From Octopus vulgaris (lineage: Eukaryota), in contig OX597821.1 of NCBI GenBank assembly GCA_951406725.2, positions 22,692,001-22,756,000 on the forward strand: a stretch of 64,000 nucleotides of DNA. The letters are read 5' to 3'. The position numbers and the translations under genes were made by a program. Numbering within the stretch: the first letter of the stretch is position 1; each line of letters begins with the position of its first letter. Positions 1 through 14,346 of this stretch are shown here, in pieces. The notes under the pieces were generated by a model. The model was not told where the DNA came from, searched no databases, and saw only the letters and a list, made by a program, of their open reading frames with translations.

Positions 1-462
<462 letters not shown>

Positions 463-529
463 AAATTTTTTGCGTAATGAGATAAAAAAACCAAGGCTGT
501 ACAGATATTAGAACATTTATATACAGAAG

Positions 530-581
530 GTCTTACAGATGTTTTCAGGATATTTATTAATTATATCCCTTCATCTGAGAC
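530..581 (-). ncRNA. Degenerate minimal hammerhead ribozyme motif in a Penelope-like remnant
   Basis: Minus strand reads GTCT-CAGATGA-A-GGGATAT..ATATCCT-GAAA-ACATCTG-TA-AGAC: stems I and II present, U4 mutated, close to the (TA)n array. Confidence 0.6.
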
Positions 582-929
582 GGTGTGAGAGGATGGTTAA
601 GTAATAGTTAATTTAGATAAAATACAAAATAGAGAGTGAGGTGGAGGAAAGAAAATAGATGTGAGATAAGAAGGGATATTGAGTGCGTAGATCCATTTTT
701 TAGGGAGAATGGTATACAAGGAAGAAAACAGTACATATATACTAGATGTACCCACCGTGACCCGTTGGGTCACAACCACTCCAAGTTGAAAATGTCGATA
801 TGTGGTGAGAAAGGAAAAAAATACTATTTTGAGCTTCATGCAATAAGATTCTTAAACAATACAGTTCTCCTGCCTTTGGTGTAACAACATAAACACAACT
901 AAGTTGTTTCTTCTTTAAAAACATTCAAA

Positions 930-1450
930 TGGCCTTCACCGTTTTTCCTTGCTGTCTTCTTTGCCATTCTGTTACTATCATTTCAAGTGAAATACATCGG
1001 TACTTCAGCATAAAGTAATGTTCTTGCAAAGTCATCATTGATGCACAATGAAAAGAATTCTGTTAATGTTGTTTCCATATGTCATCCACTGACAGCCAAA
1101 TATCCTCATTATTTCTGAGCAATGTTCTTTGTTCATCTGGTAGATGAACTTGCAGTTTCACTATTGCCGGTGCTGTTTCATGAACTGAAAATCCCAAAAT
1201 GGACGCAATTGCTTTGGATAGTCCAATAAGGCTACCCGTTTGATATTGACTAATTGCATTATCATTGTTTATTTGAGCAACAGCTTGGTCATTTCCTTTC
1301 AGTGTGTACTTGATGACGTACTTAACTGGCCTCTCACCGAGCAATGTGGCGTTTGATTATAAGGTACAATCCATTTGGTGTGGTTTGTTCTTCCATTCTT
1401 ATGAGATTCAACTCCTCCCATTGCATCTGATCTTCGTCTGTAAAGAGATA
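930..1450 (-). mobile_element. Helitron Rep/helicase pseudogene fragment
   Basis: Frameshifted motifs KWIVPYN, VKYVIKYTLKGND, ISQYQTG..EA-like..ILGFSVHE..P.IV.LQVHL and TEFFSLCINDDFARTLLYAEVP match the Helitron Rep C-terminal region. Confidence 0.85.
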
Positions 1451-1823
1451 GTCTCTCTGACTGTTTTTCTGCCTTTTGATTAAGATGATAAAGATTAATA
1501 TCCTATTTGAAATAAAACAGCAATCTTCCCCTTTCAGAAAAAATAAAATCAAGTACCCATGGTTCAAAAAACATCTCATAAAAACATAGGGAGAGTTTCT
1601 ATCTTTCAGTTCACAGAACTCTGAAAGTTGTATAAATGATTAAGGGAAGCAAAAAGTAAGTAAGAAATAAAAAAAATTGGATGGACAGCAGCAGTAGCTG
1701 TGATGACATTTTCAACTTGATTTTTTTTTTCTTAAAGGTGGAAATGACTATTTTATTTGTAATCTGTATCATCTTAATCAAATGGCAGGAAAACAGACAA
1801 ACTTTGAGTTTTAGTATAATATA

Positions 1824-3295
1824 GGCGCAGGAGTGGCTGTGTGGTAAGTAGCTTGCTAACCAACCACATGGTTCCGGGTTCAGTCCCACTGTGTGGCATC
1901 TTGGGCAAGTGTCTTCTGCTATAGCCCCGGGCCAACCAATGCCTTGTGAGTGGATTTGGTAGAAGGAAACTGAAAGAAGTCTGTCGTATATATTGTTATG
2001 GTTTGGCTAGTGCAGTATTTCTTGTCCCCCTTTTTGGGAATGGCGCCGGCAGGCCTGGAGTAAAAAGTGACAGCCCTTTGTTTACTGGAAGAGTAATGGC
2101 TTTTTGGAGGGACCTTTGGCCTTGTGCGGTCGATTGGAGTTCGTCCTAGACACCCCTTGAAGAAGAGGAAGGAAAGTGGTGAGAAAGATAGAGTAGGGAA
2201 TCTGAGAGCAGATAGAGAGGATATTAGCAGTGAGAGAGGATGAGGGGCAGAGGAGGACAGGCAGAGAGTATGGCAGAGCTAAGGGAGAGAGTGATTGCGA
2301 GGGACAGATTGAGGGGTAGTGATAGAGGGTCAGTGGGTATTCGGTCGTCAAAGAAAGCAGTCGGATTTTGGAAGTCAGGGCAAAGCAAGTTGGGATGCGA
2401 GAGCTTGGCAGGTTGGAGCTAGCTACAGACAGAAAGGGATATATGCAGAGGAATAAGCGGTACAGAGAGAGATGAAGTGCAAGATGGGACACTGGCTATT
2501 CAATTAGGAATTAAGGTATTTGATTATGTATTGATACGTGTCACGATGTAAAGAGACAGTGAAAAGAAATGAGACAATGAAACGAACAATGTGAATTGAG
2601 TCAAGGACTTGTCGATGTGTCGATTATCGAGTTGTGGTATTTATGTTCAGAATTGTGTTGATTTGTGTAGAAAAAGACTTTAAAGAACTGTGAACGTTAT
2701 CTGTTGAAGTGATTTGGAAAAGAACTGTGTCTTCGGACGTGTACCTTTGAAATACTGATATATTGACCTTGTTGTGTCGTCTCCGGACTGTTATATTGTT
2801 ACTTGCATATTTAAATGCTTTGATCTGTGGTATACCCGTATGATGTATTGATTTCTTGTTTCCTTTAAATGTATTTGATGTGTAACAATTGATTGTCATA
2901 AACTGTTGTTAAATGTAAGCCAGCTGTTGCCGTTTTGCCTCTTTGTGTCTCTCTCGGTTGCCTCTCTGTGCTGCTGCTGTTGTTGTTGTTGTTGTGTCTC
3001 TCCTCTCTCCTCTTTGGGATCCGTGGCGAACTTGCGCCGTTCGGGTGAGCAGCGACAACGGGTGATTCCGTAACAATATGTATATATATGTATGTGTGTG
3101 TGTCTGTGTTTGTCCCCTTAGCATTGCTTGACAACCGATGCTGGTGTATTTACGTCCCCGTCACTTAGCGGTTCAGCAAAAGCGACCGATAGAATAAGTA
3201 CTGGGCTTACAAAGAATAAGTCCCGGGGTCGATTTGCTCGACTAAAGGCGGTGCTCCAGCATGGATGCAGTCAAATGACTGAAACAAGTAAAAGA
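1824..3295 (+). mobile_element. tRNA-derived SINE family A, split by a solo LTR
   Basis: Head GGCGCAGGAGTGGCTGTGTGGTAAG (A box), GGTTCAGTCCC (B box), CCTTGGGCAAGTG core-like block, tail ATGACTGAAACAAGTAAAAGAG; many copies in the window. Confidence 0.9.
1994..3075. mobile_element. Solo LTR inserted in a SINE
   Basis: TGTTATGG...CCGTAACA inverted termini, 4-bp TSD ATAT, interrupts an otherwise colinear SINE A. Confidence 0.85.
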
Positions 3296-3920
3296 GTATA
3301 GATATATGATCAAGACATCATACAGAAGAATGGAGAATTATATCACATCTTCAAAGTTTATTTACTACAGTATTATTCATGTTAAATTCCAATCAGACAT
3401 GTGTTTCTGCTGGATAAACTGCCCAAATGTCCAATCATTCATCATGCTAATATCTAACACTGAGACCTCAAATGGCAGATGCAAACACACATGCACTGGA
3501 GTTCTTTTTTAGTTTCCACCTACCAAATCCACTCACAAGGCTATCATCTATAGTAAAAAAATTGTTATTCAAGGTGTCATGCAATGGGACTGAACCTAGA
3601 ATCACATGACTGACCAGCAAACTTCTTATCGCCATAGCCATGCCTATGCCTGTATAGACACCTATACTTTACAATCCTTAATGTACTGAGTTCAAATCCC
3701 ATCCTACTTTCTTTTTTATGAATGCTTTAATTCTAACTCCCAGAATCACAGTTTGTTGTTTTACTACCTTGTAGAAGCATTAACCCTTTTGTTACCGTAT
3801 TTAGTTTGAGATGGTCTGTGTTTCTTTCAATTATTTTAAATATAACAAAGAATTTAATAAAATAGGTTCACTATCATTAAGCTAGTGTTAGGAACATAAA
3901 TTGTAACTAAGGTTTGGTGG

Positions 3921-4243
3921 ATCGACCCCGGGACTTATTCTTTGTAAGCCCAGTACTTATTCTATCGGCCGCTTTTGCTGAACCGCTAAGTGACGGGGAC
4001 GTAAACACACCAGCATCGGTTGTCAAGCAATGCTAGGGGGACAAACACACACATACATATATATATATATACACATATATGACAGGCTTCTTTCAGTTTC
4101 CGTCTACCAAATCCTCTCACAAGGCATTGGTCGGCCCGGGGCTATAGCAGAAGACACTTGCCCAAGATGCCACGCAGTGGGACTGAACCCGGAACCATGT
4201 GGTTGGTTAGCAAGCTACTTACCACACAGCCACTCCTGCGCCT
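3921..4243 (-). mobile_element. SINE family A
   Basis: Reverse complement of the family A head and body. Confidence 0.9.
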
Positions 4244-4920
4244 AGCTGAAGATCTTAAATATTCTGTCCTGTCATTGCTGCTATCAATATATACACAGGA
4301 TGAACTTATTTCTATATTTAAAAAATGGTTTCCTTTGATGAGAATATATATTCATCTCTCGTACATTTATCTAATAATCAACAAACCAGTGCAATCTTAT
4401 GTGCACAAAAACAGGTGCAGGCTTGGCTGCGTGGTAAGCAGTTTGCTTCCCAACCACATGGTCCTGGGTTCAGTTCCACTGAATTGCACCATGGGCAAGT
4501 GTCTTCAACTACTTCTCCAAACCAACGAATGCATTGTGTGTGGATTTGAGAGACAGAAACTCAAAAAAGCCTGTCATAATCATCATCATTGTTTAACATC
4601 CGCCTTTCAGGCTGGCATGAGCTGGACAGTTTGACAGGAGCTAGCCAGGTAGAAGATTACCTTAGGCTACTGTGTCTGCTCTGGCATGGTTTTTACAGTT
4701 GGATGCCCTTCCTAACACCAACCAACCTGTCTCATATATATATATATATATAAGCATGTGAATTGGAAACTGTCCATTTTCTTCCATTTTTGTCACTTCC
4801 CAGTTATATATATATATATATAAAATATTTTGTATTAACTGTTACCTATATGGTTTTATTACACGCTGGCTACTTAATAAAATCTTATGAAGATTTTATT
4901 CTTAATTATATATATGTATA

Positions 4921-4966
<46 letters not shown>

Positions 4967-5055
4967 TAAGAGAGAGTGACCACTTGGTGTTAAATTGATG
5001 GTATTATTAAATTAATATCTAATTTTTCACCCTTATTTGTAATATATATATATAT

Positions 5056-5305
5056 ATATTTATATTATATTGAGGGTACTACTATTCATAGATACCGCAC
5101 GCTAAGAGGGACCAATGCGGTCAAAACTACTATTTTAGTAGTTTTGACCGCATTGGTCCCTCTTAGCATGCGGTATCTGTGAATAGTAGTACCCTCAATA
5201 TAATATAAATATTTTCAAAGTGGAAAAATTTACGGATTTTTTCTCTTACGAGGTTTTTTCACGCTAACTACTGATAATTTCTTATAAAGATTTTATCCTC
5301 AATTG

Positions 5306-5310
<5 letters not shown>
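5056..5310. mobile_element. Fold-back (palindromic) Penelope-like element in (TA)n
   Basis: 77-bp arms 5056-5132 and 5136-5212, 2 mismatches, 3-nt loop, about 100-bp unique tail, (TA)n on both sides. Confidence 0.75.
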
Positions 5311-5345
<35 letters not shown>

Positions 5346-6029
5346 TATATATATATATGTACATACATATATACACAAGTGTTATTGTTTTCTTGTCTTT
5401 ACATCATGACAGCTGTCAATGAGTGTCACTATTATGCATGCAATGTCCGTCATTTCCAGTCTCCTGTAGAAACATGTTTGGTCATGGGGGATATTATTAC
5501 CTTATTTGGAAACAAGTAAGAGTTGGCCACAAGAAGAGCATCCAGCTGTGAAAAATCCATTTCAACAAATTCCACCCAACTCATGTGGGTATAGAACAGT
5601 GGATGTTAAAGTGATGATGATGATGATGAAATGATAAATATTAGCATGCTGAACTGCATTTCAAGTGTCAGTCAATTTGTCCAACTGAATCACAAATGAA
5701 ATCCTCATAGCCATTGCCAGTTTTTAATGTTAGGCCCCATGGAGGTGAGGGGCAAGGTGGTGAAGCATGATCTTCCAATGGGCCTCACACAGACAATGAC
5801 AAGTGACCAAGACCTTTAGCAGTATGCAGTGCTTGAGAAAACTTCTCAAGCCAGGTGAAATTGTAGTCTTGGACATTGCTGGTGCAACCATTACACTCTT
5901 GGAATGGTTGGTTTTAGGAAAGGCATCAAGCCATAGGAACCATGCCAAATCAGACTGGAACCTGGTGTAGCTTTCCAGTTCCAGTCTAACCCATGCCAGC
6001 ATGGAAAACGGACATTAAATGATGATGTG

Positions 6030-6260
6030 GATGAATTCTTTCAATATGTTGCACAAATTGGTTATTGTTAATTTCTGCAATTCTTTTACAGTTATCAATT
6101 TAACAATGGAATTTTTCGGAATTTTTCCCATTTCGTCTGCATTGAGACCATCCAAGCAATAACTTCTGTAATTATTTCTATTATTAGCAACATAAGTCCA
6201 TTTCCAATCATGTATGGTTTCTTAGCTTTTGTAATTAATTATAATGTTTTCATTTTCACC
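6030..6260 (-). mobile_element. Highly decayed hAT (Buster/Charlie-like) transposase fragment
   Basis: Minus-strand motif ITKAKKPYMIG resembles the hAT IAKxKKPHTIGE motif; the rest is disrupted. Confidence 0.4.
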
Positions 6261-7519
6261 CTTTAACTACAAAATTAAATTTCATGGTTATTCCAATTAT
6301 GATGTTAAATATCAACCAAAATATGGAATTGGAATTTTTTTACAACTCATGTTGTCTCAATAAACTTGAGATATCTCAATGGAAAAATAATTTCAAACAT
6401 GGCATTCCTCAACAAAAGATATTTTGGTATATAAAACTACTTTCTACAATTAAGTGAAATGAAATTTTGAGTGGATATATCTAATTTCTTCAATAAATGG
6501 GTTAAGTATTTTTCTTGAACCAATACAGGTTTTTATTCCTTTGTACAAAATCTTGGCTTCATACTTTTGGAAGTTTCAATATCCTTTCTGAAAACAGTAA
6601 CGATTTACCTTCACTGGAAGCCTTTTTCATTTATCAGGTCCCATAGTTTCATTCAACAAAGTTTCATTTCAGATTTAGCATATGAAACAATACTCTTCAG
6701 ACCTAAGAGGAAAACCATCACATCACTACCATCATTTAATACCTATCTTCCATACTAGCATGAGTTGGATGATTCAACAGAACCTGAAGAGTTTGAGGAC
6801 CGTGTCGAGCTCCTAATGTCTACTTTAGCATGACTTCTACAGCTGGATGCCCTTCCTAACACCAGCCACTTTATAGAATGTACAGGGAGCTTTGTTTTCT
6901 CATGGTAAAAGCGAAAAAATGTAAATCCAAGAATATTACAAAATAGATTTGTAACTTTTTTATTGCTTTTGTGCAGAATTGTTCAACTTCTACAGCATCT
7001 GATGTATATTACTGCATCCAAAGTATACAAGAACTATCACTTCAGCTTGTTTTCCACTGTTTTTCATTAATCACTTAATCACAGAGAATGAAAAATTGAT
7101 GCTTTACAAGTCTTCACTTTGAGTGATCTCCAAGAACAAATTAACTCATATATCAAGGCATTACTGTTTTAATAAGAAAAAAAAAAAAAACAATAGGTGC
7201 AGGAGTGGCTGAATAGTAAGAAGTTCGCTACCTCCAACCACATTGTTTTGGGTTCAATCCCACAGTGTGGCACCCTGGGCAAGTGTCTTCTACTATAGCC
7301 TCAGGCTGACCAAAGCCTTGTGAGTTGATTTAGTAGATGGAAACTGAAAGAAGCCCATTGTATATAATATATGATTCACAATCAAGGTGCAGAAATGGCA
7401 TATTCCAAATGAACAAGGTAATGTAATTCGATGGTAGAAAGAATTCCATGAATTAGGTACTCCAAAGCCAGTTGGACGAGGCCGGGGCTCAATGTGAGCA
7501 TGCAGTAAATGGTGTAAAT

Positions 7520-7870
7520 AAAAAAAATGAAGAACAAACACAAGAAAAAAACAACATGAGGACGTGGTACATGCAAAGTATTAGCAGACACTCAGGGAAG
7601 GAAAGAAAGGTGGTTTTTTTGAGCAAAGCTCTTCTTTGGAAACAGGAGACAAAGGAAAGTCCAAGAGAAAAGGAAGACAAAAGAAAAAATTGCCAACAAT
7701 TCACGTGGTTACATTTTGAAATGACCTCTCTTGGACTTTCCTTTGTCTCCTGTTTCTGAAGAAGAGCTTTGCTTGAAATGTAAAACCACCTTTTCTTCCC
7801 TGAATCTGTTTACTTTGCATGTGCCATGTCCTTGTGTTGTATTTTCCCTGTGTTTGTTCTTCATTTTTTT
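7520..7870. mobile_element. Inverted Penelope-like pseudo-LTR pair
   Basis: About 150-bp inverted arms 7520-7668 and 7725-7870, each containing a hammerhead motif. Confidence 0.75.
7752..7786 (+). ncRNA. Minimal type I hammerhead ribozyme motif
   Basis: GTTT-CTGAAGA-A-GAGC-TTT-GCTT-GAAA-TG-TA-AAAC; the opposite arm carries a decayed copy (CCAAAGA). Confidence 0.75.
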
Positions 7871-8899
7871 TGATTTTCACTTGCCTCAACAGGTCTTCAC
7901 AAGTATGGAAAACAAAAACAATAAATTGAACAATTATAAATTCAATTCAATTTAATTATTTTATACAAGCAAATGAATTGGTGAAGATATATAATGAAGC
8001 CTCATTATATATTTAAATAGGATTGTATTATTCATAAAAAAACTTGGTTTTTTTTTTATGAAACAGAAACAGCTGTAATTTATGAAATGTGTCGTTTGTA
8101 TAAAAAAAATTGAATTGAATTTATAATTGTTCAATTTATTGATTTTGTTTTCCATTTCTTATTTCATCATCATCATCATGGTTTAACATCTGTTTTCCAT
8201 GCTGGCATTACCGAAACAGTAAAAGTAATAATTGTCAAAACTTAGTCAATATGAATTTATATCTGCATTTAAATAATAAATTCAAAATTGAAACATTTAA
8301 AATTTTGTTTCTATATTTTCTGAATTGAATGTAACATAAATAGACACAGACATGCCTGTGTGGTTATAAAAAGCTTGCTTCCTAACCATAAAGTTTAAGG
8401 TTCAATTCTATTGCATGGCACCTTCGTTAAATGTCTTCCACTATAGCCTGAGGTCAACCTAAACCTTGTGAGTGGACTTGGGGGACAAAAACTGAAGAAA
8501 GCCCATTATGTGCATGTATGCAAGTGTGTGGTTGAGAGAAAGAGACAGAGAGAGGACAGACAGACAGACAGAGAGTACACTTGTCTTGACATCATTTGCT
8601 TCTGAAAAGCATGTCAGACTTTGGGGAAATATTACGCTGCTTGGAAACAGGTGAGGGTTGGCAGCTGGAAGGGCATCCAGCCATAGAAATTCCACCTTAA
8701 TGAATTCTGTCTAACCCATGCAATTATGGAAAAAAGGATGTTAAAGATGATGATTATGATGATAAAGTTACTGTGACAAGCAGATAAAACTGCATCAATA
8801 TTCATCTCAAGGAGTAAATTATGAATTGGTCACAATGAAATTATTTCTACAAGTAACTGTGATGGGAAATAGCTCAATGCCTATATATATGTATATATC

Positions 8900-9255
8900 T
8901 TTTATTTTTTTATTTGTTTCAGTCATTTGACTGCAGCCATGCTGGAGCACGGCCTTTAGTCGAACAAATCGACCCCAGTACTTATTCAATCGGTCTCTTT
9001 TGTTGAACCGCTAAGTTACAGGGATATAAACACCAGCATCGGTTGTCAAGCAATGGTGAGGTGGGGGACAACCCACAGACACACAAACATTATGACAGGC
9101 TTCTTTCAGTTTCCATCTACCAAATCCACTCACAAGGCTTTGGTCGGCCTGAGGCCATAGTAGAAGACACTTTCCCAAGGTGCCATGCAGTGGGACTGAA
9201 CCCAGAACCGGGTGGTTTGTAAGCAAGCCACTCTTGCCCCTCACAGCCACTCCTT
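8900..9255 (-). mobile_element. SINE family A
   Basis: Reverse complement of family A. Confidence 0.85.
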
Positions 9256-11539
9256 CTTGATTCAACCATAAAAGGCACTTATGCCAGTGACCCATAAATG
9301 GCACTCACTCCACTCTTGGAGAGGTTGGCATTAGGATAGGCATGAAGCTGTGGAAACCAGGCCAAATCTGTCTGGAGCCTGGTACAACTCTCCGGCTTAC
9401 CAGTCCCAGCCAAACTGTCTATCCTATGCCAACATGCAAAATGGACGTTAAATGATGACGATGAGATTCAGGATTGAAAATCATGGCTGTATACAAATGT
9501 TGGTTTAATGCCATTCACAAAAATATTTGTCTTTTAAACTGTTAAAGAGAGTGCCAAGCTTCACAAGACAATATACTACAAATCATTATAAACCAAATAG
9601 ATTATAATGCTATGAGTATTGATAAAAGAATATAGAAATATGAGAGTGAGTTGGAAAGTAATGCAAATAAAAATTGCATTACTTTAACATCTGCCTTCCA
9701 TGCTGGCATGGGTTGGATGGTTTGACAAGAGCTGGCTAGGCAGAAACTGCACCAGACTTCTGTGTCCATTTTGGCAAGGTTTTTATGGCTGGATTCCCTT
9801 TCTAACAGCAGAGTAGACTGAGTGCTTTTTACATGGCGCAAGCATAGGTAAGATCAGTTTTGGCATGGATTTTACAGCTGGCCCTTCCAAATGCCAAACA
9901 CTTTACAGTGTGGACTGGATGCTTTTTGTCACAATCAAGCTGGTGTTTGGAACACAACATGAAATTTTGATGAAAGGTTTCAGTTTAAATCACTTTAACC
10001 CTTTAGCATACAAACTGGCCATATCCAGCCCAAATATTCCCCCTGGTTTTTATTCCAACAGGCCAGGTTCAGCATCTCACACCCACCCTACATTGTCATT
10101 TTAAAATATAACACAATCATCATGTAACATTCGTTGTCCTTGCTGGCATGGGTTGGATGGTGTGACCAGAGCTGGCAGTCTGGGGGGGCTGCATGGTTTC
10201 TATGATTGGATGCCCTTCCTAATGCCAACCACTTTACAGAGTGCTGGGTGCCTTTATGTGACACCACAAGGACACTTTTACATGGTACTGCATGGACACT
10301 TCTACGTGATGCCACTTTCGTGTGGCAACACACAAGCACTTTTACATAGCACTGCATGGTTGATTTACATGGCACCACACTTACATGATGCCAAATGGGC
10401 CCTTTTCACGTGTCGCTGCACAGTCATATCACTGAAATCTCAAAACTATAAGATAATTCATAATTAATCCAAAACAATGTAAATAAATATGCATTACATT
10501 TGACAGAATAATCTGAATGCTGAAGGTTTAAACAGGAAGTGTGTACCACAATCCAAAGTGCAGTCTCATGTAAGTTGGAATCAAAAGGGTTAAATGTTAG
10601 GAGCTTCAGTAACAAAGGTGCATAAAATGTATTTGTTGTCTGGTCTTTCTTTGTAATTTTGATAGGCTGACTTCAAAAATGAAATCCAGTTTGCTTTATT
10701 ACATTGAGATTTTTTACAAACTCAAATGTCCATTTTTCAACATTTCCATTATTGTCACCATTTCTAAGGATAGATTTGGCTTCATCAAATGCAGACCCAT
10801 ATATGGAGCTTGACATAACTTTGAAAACATAGTTTTTCAATATTATTTACAGTAAATACAACTACAAAAGTGAAAACACAAGTCATGACTTAAGTATCTT
10901 CAATAAATAAAAAGCATCAAATTTGAGCAATTTTATTTTCAATCTAACCAGTTTTAGATGTCATGATGTTAGTAAACAATGTATTTCTGTTGTCCTTGAC
11001 ATCATCCATGTCTCATATTTGTGGAATTTGTCTGCAGATATGTCCATGCTGTACTTGATTTAGTGTGACTTACATTGTAAACCAGGTAAGACATGTTTTG
11101 TTGAACCTTTAACTATTTCTTATGAAAACTGGTATTTTGAATGTGCCCTTAATATTCTAATTGTGAGGTCACATGGGTCAAGGTTACTTTTTGTTAAGCA
11201 TAGTCAAAGAACAGAAGAAAGAACTTTATGATGCTCTTTATGGAACTTTATCATCACAAATCTACATTTGCTTATTTTAGTTTAACCACAACAGGATTTG
11301 AACTTACAAGAAAGAGTGATAATAAATACTGCAGGGCATTTGGCCTGACGCCTCATACCAGTCCATCCAAGACAAGACATTGGCAAGACTTCCACCCATC
11401 CGCCCCCCACAGAAACCACCCTTTTAAAAACTTTTTTTTTTGCGACACAAACCCCACTTTTCAGCTACGGGGAATATGGATCTGCAAAAAAATGCTTCTC
11501 CGAAGCGACAACTGGCTTGAATATTTGTCTTGTATTTCA

Positions 11540-12200
11540 GAAATATGGCCAATTGTGAGAGAAGAAAATGCAAAAACAGCCCCACTATATTTGTGGATGT
11601 TACACTTTAACTAGGCAGCAAAATAAAATCAGATCTTGTGAAGAAAGTTTACCTTACTTCTTTGACATAGAGCTGGGTGATCAAGGCAAGACATAGGTAC
11701 TCCATATAGTATGTCAAACATGAGTTGAAACACTGAGACAGTGGCTGTTTCAAATACAGAAAGTTTCTCACTTTGTCTTTTGAGAAAATTAAGGTCGGTA
11801 TGTTTGAGGGGCCACAGATTAGGTGGCTATTGCAGAACAAGCAGTTTTTGGAGACCATGTCTGGCGTTGAAAAAGAAGCATGGACTCCTTTAGCTGCAGC
11901 TGTGTCTGATTTCCTGGCAAACAGGAAGTCATCAAATTATGAAGAACTTGTGCAGACCCTGTTAACCAGTTTTCAAGTACAGGGCTGCAGCATGAATGTA
12001 AAAGTGCATTTCCTGTTCACTCATCTGCACTGCTTCCTTGAAAATCATAATGCAATGAGTGATGAGCAAGGAGAAAGATTCTACCGAGACATCAAACCCA
12101 TGGAGATAGGTATCAAGGAAAGTGGAATACAAGCATGATGGCCGACTACTACATGAGACTGTCATGAAAAATTATTCACACAAAGCAACAAAGAGAAAAT
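11540..12200 (+). mobile_element. Chapaev3-like (CMC) transposase remnant, internally deleted
   Basis: N-terminal RKCKNSP..ICG and GDQGKT*VLHIVCQT motifs joined to EKIKVGMFEGPQIR...CSMNVKVHFLFTHL...SDEQGERFYRDI. Confidence 0.75.
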
Positions 12201-12738
12201 TCACTTCTTGTGTAGCTGAAACTCCAGTTTGTCAGAAATATCCACCCTAAAGTATGTAATTAAACATTCTGCGTAATATAATTGTTAAACAATAAAAAAT
12301 ACAATTTAGTTTGCGTTAGTTTCTTATTTCAGTATTGCATTTAATGATAAAATTGACACTTCTTTTTTGTAAAAACAAATTCCTGTTTAACAAAAAACTT
12401 GACATAATAGAAAATTTATGATGGCATTTCTGAACCAAGCACCATTAAATTAGGAAAAGCACTCATGCTGGTGCCATGTAACAGCACTCATGGTGGCTTA
12501 TCATGGTGGACAGATCTTCTCAAGTATGATAGTGCACCATCTATCCAAGTCCTCTATCATTTCCTTCATACAGTTCAGCATCTTGAGATGGGCCTGCATT
12601 ACTTCGTCCCATGTTTTCCTCTGTCTCTCCCTTCCAAAAATTCATTCCACTTTAAGTGATCAGCACTTATTTATGCAACTATCCTCATCCATCTGCATCA
12701 TATGGCATGATAGAAGATGACTGTAGTTTTGAAATCAG

Positions 12739-13120
12739 CGAGTGGCTGTGTGGTAAGTAGCTTGCTAACCAACCACATGGTTCCAGGTTCAGTCCCACTG
12801 CGTGGCATCTTGGGCAAGTGTCTTCTGCTATAGCCCCGGGCCGACCAATGCCTTGTGAGTGGATTTGGTAGACAGAAACTGAAAGAAGTCTGTCGTATAT
12901 ATGTATATATATATAAGTGTGTGTGTCTGTGTTTGTCCCCCTAGCATTGCTTGACAACCGATGCTGCTGTGTTTACGTCCTCGTCATTTAGCGGTTCGGC
13001 AAAAGAGACCGATATAATAAGTACTGGGCTTACAAAGAATAAGTCCTGGGGTCGATTTGCTCGACTAAAGGCGGTGCTCCAGCATGGCAGCAGTCAAATG
13101 ACTGAAACAAGTAAAAGAGT
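12739..13120 (+). mobile_element. SINE family A
   Basis: Head-to-tail match to other family A copies. Confidence 0.9.
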
Positions 13121-13199
13121 AATATCAATTTTAGTCTAAATCAAGAGAAAAAAGCAAACTCAACAGAAATTACATTCAAAAGTGTTCGACTGTGTAATC

Positions 13200-14030
13200 T
13201 CACTTCACCACCACCTCCACCACCCCATTATCATATATCATCAACAATACGTCTGGCAACTATAGCATCATCAAGCACCTCTACAAAACACCACACTACT
13301 ACTACTACTACAACACACTACTACTTCTACCCACCACAAAATTTTCTCTCCCCTCTTTCACTGCCACCACCACCACCACTACCAAGTACTACCACATCAA
13401 TCACCGACACCACTACTTCCACTGTTCACTACTACCTCTACCTACCATCAAAATCTCTTCACCACCGTCATCATTGTGTGCCTCCACAACAATCACTACC
13501 ACCACTCTGCCAAGATCTTCCCCCTCCTTCACCACCACTACCACAACAACAACGGTTTCTGATTTAGGCCCAAACTCAACAATAATGAGTTAGGAGTAGC
13601 ATAGACTGTTGACCTGAGTATGACAGGTACTTTATTTAATTTACCTTGACTCTGTGGGAATAAAAGGCAAAGGGGGCTTCAGCGGTATTTGAACTGAGAA
13701 CATTAAGATTCAGAACAAATACTTGCAAAACATTCTTTTCTTGACACTGATTATTTCTGCTAGCATGCCATCGCCACCACCACCACCACCCATCATTGCA
13801 ATTGCCACCACCATCACCACTCCTACTGTTTACTGTCACCTCTAACCAATATCATAACACTCACCACTACCCATCATCACTACTACTACTACCACCAACA
13901 GTAATCACTACTACCACTCCCACCGTTTACCCCACCTCTATCCAACACCACAATCTCTTCCACGCTTCGCTATCACCTGTACCTACTACCCCAGCAATAA
14001 CCGCCATCACCACACAACAACTACTTTCTT
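13200..14030. repeat. Degenerate (CAC/TAC/CAT)n trinucleotide low-complexity region with an embedded SINE fragment
   Basis: Visible ACC/ACT-rich runs. Confidence 0.8.
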
Positions 14031-14346
14031 CAAATTTGCAGATGCTTATTTGAAAAATAGGACACAGCTTACATAACAAACATTACGCTACGGTTTACAT
14101 AAATATTACAACTTGAACAAATAAACAATTTGTTGCAGAGGTATAGTGTCACGCTAAAGATTCCAGTATTTGATTGGTGCTTTATATTCTTCGACCATGG
14201 GTGGAGGTTGGAAAACAAAAGTTTAACCACAACAGGATTTGAACTTACAATGAAGAGAGAAAGAGAGATAATAAACACCGCAGGGCATTTGACCTGACGC
14301 CTCATACCAGTCCATCCACAAGGTTTTGTATACAAGACAAGACATT

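Noticed and set aside
1824-1900. tRNA genes at A/B-box-containing heads
   Set aside because: No complete cloverleaf; each continues into a SINE body and tail.
4030-4245. Recurrent short ORFs such as DRLLSVSVYQI..QGIGRPGAIAEDTCPRCHAVGLNP as a multigene family
   Set aside because: They are translations of the antisense strand of SINE family A.
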